Made by a program: the position numbers and the translations under genes | Notes under the pieces: model-generated | Seen by the model: the letters and a program-made list of their open reading frames with translations, nothing else | Told to the model about the DNA's origin: nothing | The model's database searches: none | Source of the DNA: a virus | Lineage: Duplodnaviria; Caudoviricetes | Reading direction: 5' to 3' (one strand) | DNA length: 54,016 bases | IMG/VR virus record: IMGVR_UViG_3300042332_001412 | Location: 1-54,016 of that record | Shown: one piece after another, positions 50,834 through 54,016 of the stretch | Position numbering within the stretch: the first letter of the stretch is position 1 | Layout of the letters: each line of letters begins with the position of its first letter

Positions 50834-50892
50834 AGATTAGGACAGACTGCATGGTGTGTCAAGGGGTCTGTGACACTCGGCAAACTGGTTCA
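50834..50892 (-). promoter_or_regulatory. Class B early promoter: palindrome, then TTGACA-N17-TAATCT
   Basis: TGAACCAGTTTGCCGAGTGTCACAGACCCC-TTGACA(50857-62)...TAATCT(50834-39). Confidence 0.72.
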
Positions 50893-52131
50893 GTCAACAT
50901 AATACTCTGGGGGGATACCCTGACGAAATACAAAGTCCACAACAGATTGCAGTCGTTGTTGTGTATTCTTACCATAGTTCTTGTGGACTGGCACAGTCAC
51001 AAACCCATGAGACTTGCGATATGACATGTAATCACCAGGAGTGAGTACACCATTGGCCATATCCTGTGCATCTTCACGATCAACACGAATAACTCGACCA
51101 ATAGTTTGACACATTTCAATCACATTGAGATTTCGCAGGAGCACAGAATGTGTGAGTCCTGGACAGTTGATACCTTCACTGAGAATAGAATAGTGAAACA
51201 ATACAAACTTCTTCTGTTTGTCTTGCCCCCACTTAGTCATTGTCTCAAAGAATACTTCACGATTTACTTTCTTGTCATTGACATATGCACCCTCTTTAGA
51301 TGTAATATGAAGAATCTCATAGCCACGCTGCTTGAACTGATTCATTACATCAGTACGAAACAACATCTGACACAATACTTTGGTGCTAGGTGCAGCTACC
51401 AATACTTTTTGTGCTTTGGTGTCATCAAGACCATCTAGAATATCCAATAGAGTCTTAGCATCATGCTTTGCAGCATTATCTTTCTCACGAACACCATCAA
51501 CCTCATGGATTTGCACCATAGGAGGAATGATGCTACCATTCTCAATCAGTTCAGGTGCAGGAACATTCTCGATCACCTGACCAAACACAATAGAGTTATT
51601 CATGCCACGACCTTTAGGATTCTGTGACAGTTTAGGTGTAGCAGTGAAATAGTATGAAGACTCTGCATGTTGAGACATCATTGCAGTAGAATAAAAGAAG
51701 TCTCGCTTACAGGCATTGTGAGCCTCATCAAAGTAGACTGTATCAATGTGTATTCCACTGTCAATAACACGATGAAGAGAATGATAAGTAGTAAAAAGTA
51801 ATTGGTGTTCATTGTTTTCTTTAACCATGTTGTGAAACATGGTGATATGATCAGGATTAGTTGTAGAGAAATGCTTAGTCTCACCAGAATGAACATGGGC
51901 AACCACAGCATTGGTGATCTGCTCAGTGAACTCTGCACAGAGCTGATTGGCCAGAAGGATCCTGGGAGCCACCACAAGGGCTGTGAAGGGCTTCTGTGCC
52001 TCATTCAGACGACGAATCAGATCACGGATCATGATCAGGGTCTTGCCACCGCCAGTGGGCACATACACCTGGCCCATACGAACCAGTTCCATCTTGGTGA
52101 GGCTACGGCTTTGGTGGGGTCGAAGCTTCAT
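50890..52131 (-). CDS. Superfamily 2 (DEAD/DEAH-like, ResIII-type) helicase; probable start MKLRPHQ
   Basis: Q motif LRPHQ, PTGGGKT, DEAH, TATP and QTIGRVIR. The track start at 52182 coincides with a -35 TTGACA. Confidence 0.92.
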   Translation of the reverse strand: MKLRPHQSRSLTKMELVRMGQVYVPTGGGKTLIMIRDLIRRLNEAQKPFTALVVAPRILLANQLCAEFTEQITNAVVAHVHSGETKHFSTTNPDHITMFHNMVKENNEHQLLFTTYHSLHRVIDSGIHIDTVYFDEAHNACKRDFFYSTAMMSQHAESSYYFTATPKLSQNPKGRGMNNSIVFGQVIENVPAPELIENGSIIPPMVQIHEVDGVREKDNAAKHDAKTLLDILDGLDDTKAQKVLVAAPSTKVLCQMLFRTDVMNQFKQRGYEILHITSKEGAYVNDKKVNREVFFETMTKWGQDKQKKFVLFHYSILSEGINCPGLTHSVLLRNLNVIEMCQTIGRVIRVDREDAQDMANGVLTPGDYMSYRKSHGFVTVPVHKNYGKNTQQRLQSVVDFVFRQGIPPEYYVD

Positions 52132-52152
52132 GGGGAAAACAGCAATGGGTCC

Positions 52153-52182
52153 ACCATACCATGGCAGACCCAAGCTTGTCAA
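52153..52182 (-). promoter_or_regulatory. Sigma70-like promoter TTGACA-N18-TATGGT upstream of the helicase
   Basis: -35 at 52177-82 and -10 at 52153-58. Confidence 0.5.
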
Positions 52183-52189
52183 GAGTTAT

Positions 52190-53986
52190 TCAGGACATGT
52201 AGAAATGAGGTACAGTATCAAACTCTTTTATACTCTTCATCATACTTTTAGTTACTTGTGCTTTAATTGCACCTATTATTTGTGTTGATTTAAAAGCTCC
52301 ACTTGGATTATTCTGCAAGAACAGTTTGTATGATTTTTTAGTGATCACACCAAACACAGTTAGGAATATTCTCTGCTTCAAATATCTGTGCATTTTAATG
52401 CCACCCCTAGTTAGAAAATATGATACTTGAGCATTCTCATAATGGGTCTTAATCATGGAATCTGAAGTATTCATTCCTGATGATAGTGGATTCTTTAAAA
52501 TTAAATTCACTACTGCAACTCTGTAAGTATTCAAAATATTTTCTCGTTGAGTAACTTTTTCATACTCCTCAATAAATTTAATCAAACTATCTTGTCGTTC
52601 AGAACCTACAACAAAAAGTGGTTTTGATATATCTCGTTTTGCTCTGGCATATAGTGTTTGTAAATTCTTTATTTGCATTGAATAATTCTTTGTATCTTTA
52701 CTAGGGCTCTTTCCATAATCATATTTTCCATGCTGACCTTTCTTGTAAGTCATTTTGGAATACATACCATCTTTTGTATAGGATGTTTGTGGATCTGTTT
52801 TCTTTAGTTTTCTATATACTGGAGTTTTACCTGCTCCTGCTGGTTTTGATACTTGAATATCAGTATTAATTTGTTGTGTTAAATTAACTGATTTGTTTAT
52901 GCTACCAGACAATGCATAGTTTAATGCTTTCTTGCGAATAGATATTAGTTCATTATTAATTTTATCAAATTCTGGATATTTGAATAGAAAATTCTCTAAT
53001 GGCTTAACTCCTGTTCCTCCAACCCATTGAGTACTATAGCCAGGAGTATTGAAAAACTGACCATTAAATCCTGCAGTTCCACCTCCATCTTTCTGTGCCT
53101 TTGGCCATGCCAATAGATTGAATTTTACATCATTTTCATATAATCCTAAGCGTTTATATCTGAAGGTAACTGGAAACTTCCATTGACCAATTCTATTGAC
53201 ATCAATTTTAGTATGAAGAAATACAGTTTCATCTATCATCTTATCTATATTTGTTTTAGGATCCGAAAGCATAGCAATAAATTTGCTATATGGATCAACA
53301 TGCTTAAGCATCTTCTTGCCAACTGCATTGCCTGGCTTTCCTACTATTTTGATATTCTTCGTTCCATTAGTTGCAGGCAATTTCAATGAAACTCCAAACA
53401 ATGTATGCTTCTTCCAATACATTTCTAGTAGTTCATTATACTTATCAAAATTATTGATTAAATATATGTCACTTTTGTTTAATATTTCAGCTTCAAATGT
53501 TTCCTCTATATTATTCTTTGCAGTCTTCTTTACAATGTAAATATCTGCACTGGATAACACATCCTCTTTTATTGGAAGTTTAGTTGCTTTAATTATTTTT
53601 CCCAAACATCTATTCTTTATCAATTTCATGAATGGATCGGTTTGATCCAAGAACTCATACATTTGAAAATTTTTAGAGATCAAATTTCTATGATAAAAGT
53701 TCTTAGCAACATCATATACTATTTTCACAGAAATATCTATACTCTTTTCATTTGTAGATGGGGTAGTAGTTGTTGGCCAATTTTCAAATACTTTTTTGAA
53801 TAGAAAATTCTGACCCAAATACTTCTCATATGCACTGGTATCACTAGTGATATCTGAATCAAACAAATCATAAAACGATTGTTCATGTTGAGCTTCGGTT
53901 TGTTTAGAATACTTATATACAGCAAAATGAGCAAATGCAAGACATTGCATAAGCTCTTTGCCTAAATCCCATTTTTCTAGTGCCAT
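52190..53986 (-). CDS. Large basic hypothetical protein, possible PD-(D/E)XK nuclease (598 aa)
   Basis: ELMQC ... LSSADIYIVK ... LFGVSLK motif arrangement; Lys-rich and more AT-rich than the neighbouring helicase. Confidence 0.6.
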   Translation of the reverse strand: MALEKWDLGKELMQCLAFAHFAVYKYSKQTEAQHEQSFYDLFDSDITSDTSAYEKYLGQNFLFKKVFENWPTTTTPSTNEKSIDISVKIVYDVAKNFYHRNLISKNFQMYEFLDQTDPFMKLIKNRCLGKIIKATKLPIKEDVLSSADIYIVKKTAKNNIEETFEAEILNKSDIYLINNFDKYNELLEMYWKKHTLFGVSLKLPATNGTKNIKIVGKPGNAVGKKMLKHVDPYSKFIAMLSDPKTNIDKMIDETVFLHTKIDVNRIGQWKFPVTFRYKRLGLYENDVKFNLLAWPKAQKDGGGTAGFNGQFFNTPGYSTQWVGGTGVKPLENFLFKYPEFDKINNELISIRKKALNYALSGSINKSVNLTQQINTDIQVSKPAGAGKTPVYRKLKKTDPQTSYTKDGMYSKMTYKKGQHGKYDYGKSPSKDTKNYSMQIKNLQTLYARAKRDISKPLFVVGSERQDSLIKFIEEYEKVTQRENILNTYRVAVVNLILKNPLSSGMNTSDSMIKTHYENAQVSYFLTRGGIKMHRYLKQRIFLTVFGVITKKSYKLFLQNNPSGAFKSTQIIGAIKAQVTKSMMKSIKEFDTVPHFYMS

Positions 53987-54016
53987 TTACCTTCTTCTAC
54001 GAATTGTTGGTGATGG

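Noticed and set aside
1-54016. tRNA/rRNA genes, integrase, reverse transcriptase/DGR and photosystem genes
   Set aside because: None was recognised by eye. tRNAscan-SE and Infernal were not run, so small RNAs cannot be strictly excluded.
53986-54016. 3' end of an upstream minus-strand gene (...PSPTIRRRR-stop)
   Set aside because: Only about 9 codons lie in the window, which is too little to annotate.

Overview
This is a 54-kb fragment of a T4-like cyanophage (Kyanoviridae-like myovirus), and essentially every real gene is on the minus strand. Positions 1-41 kb hold the AT-rich late virion-morphogenesis cluster: gp23 (truncated at the window edge), gp22, gp21, gp20, gp19, gp18, gp17, gp16, gp15, gp14, gp13, a repeat-containing fibre, a 2101-aa structural protein, gp8, gp7, gp6, gp25, PAAR and an 1107-aa protein. 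T4 late-promoter-like nnTAAATA sites punctuate this cluster, and it contains a 52-aa NblA-like ORF missed by the ORF track. At about 41.2 kb the composition switches abruptly to G+C-rich DNA. An array of small early genes follows (41.2-45.7 kb, with outliers to 52 kb), and nearly every gene has its own host-RNAP promoter cassette. The cassettes fall into three classes with fixed spacing: (A) an HLR1/RpaB-like direct repeat 30 nt upstream of a -10, (B) a CCAGTT..AACTGG-type palindrome upstream of TTGACA, and (C) a LysR-type ATNAG-N5-CTNAT dyad 10-11 nt upstream of TTGAC. The only plus-strand promoter I recognised fires into a non-coding, repeat-containing, AT-rich segment (candidate origin or sRNA). 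The right end encodes an HNH nuclease, a candidate capsid-targeted internal protein, a restriction-endonuclease-like protein, a metallophosphoesterase, an SF2 helicase and a large PD-(D/E)XK-like protein. All family assignments come from motif recognition by eye; no searches were run.
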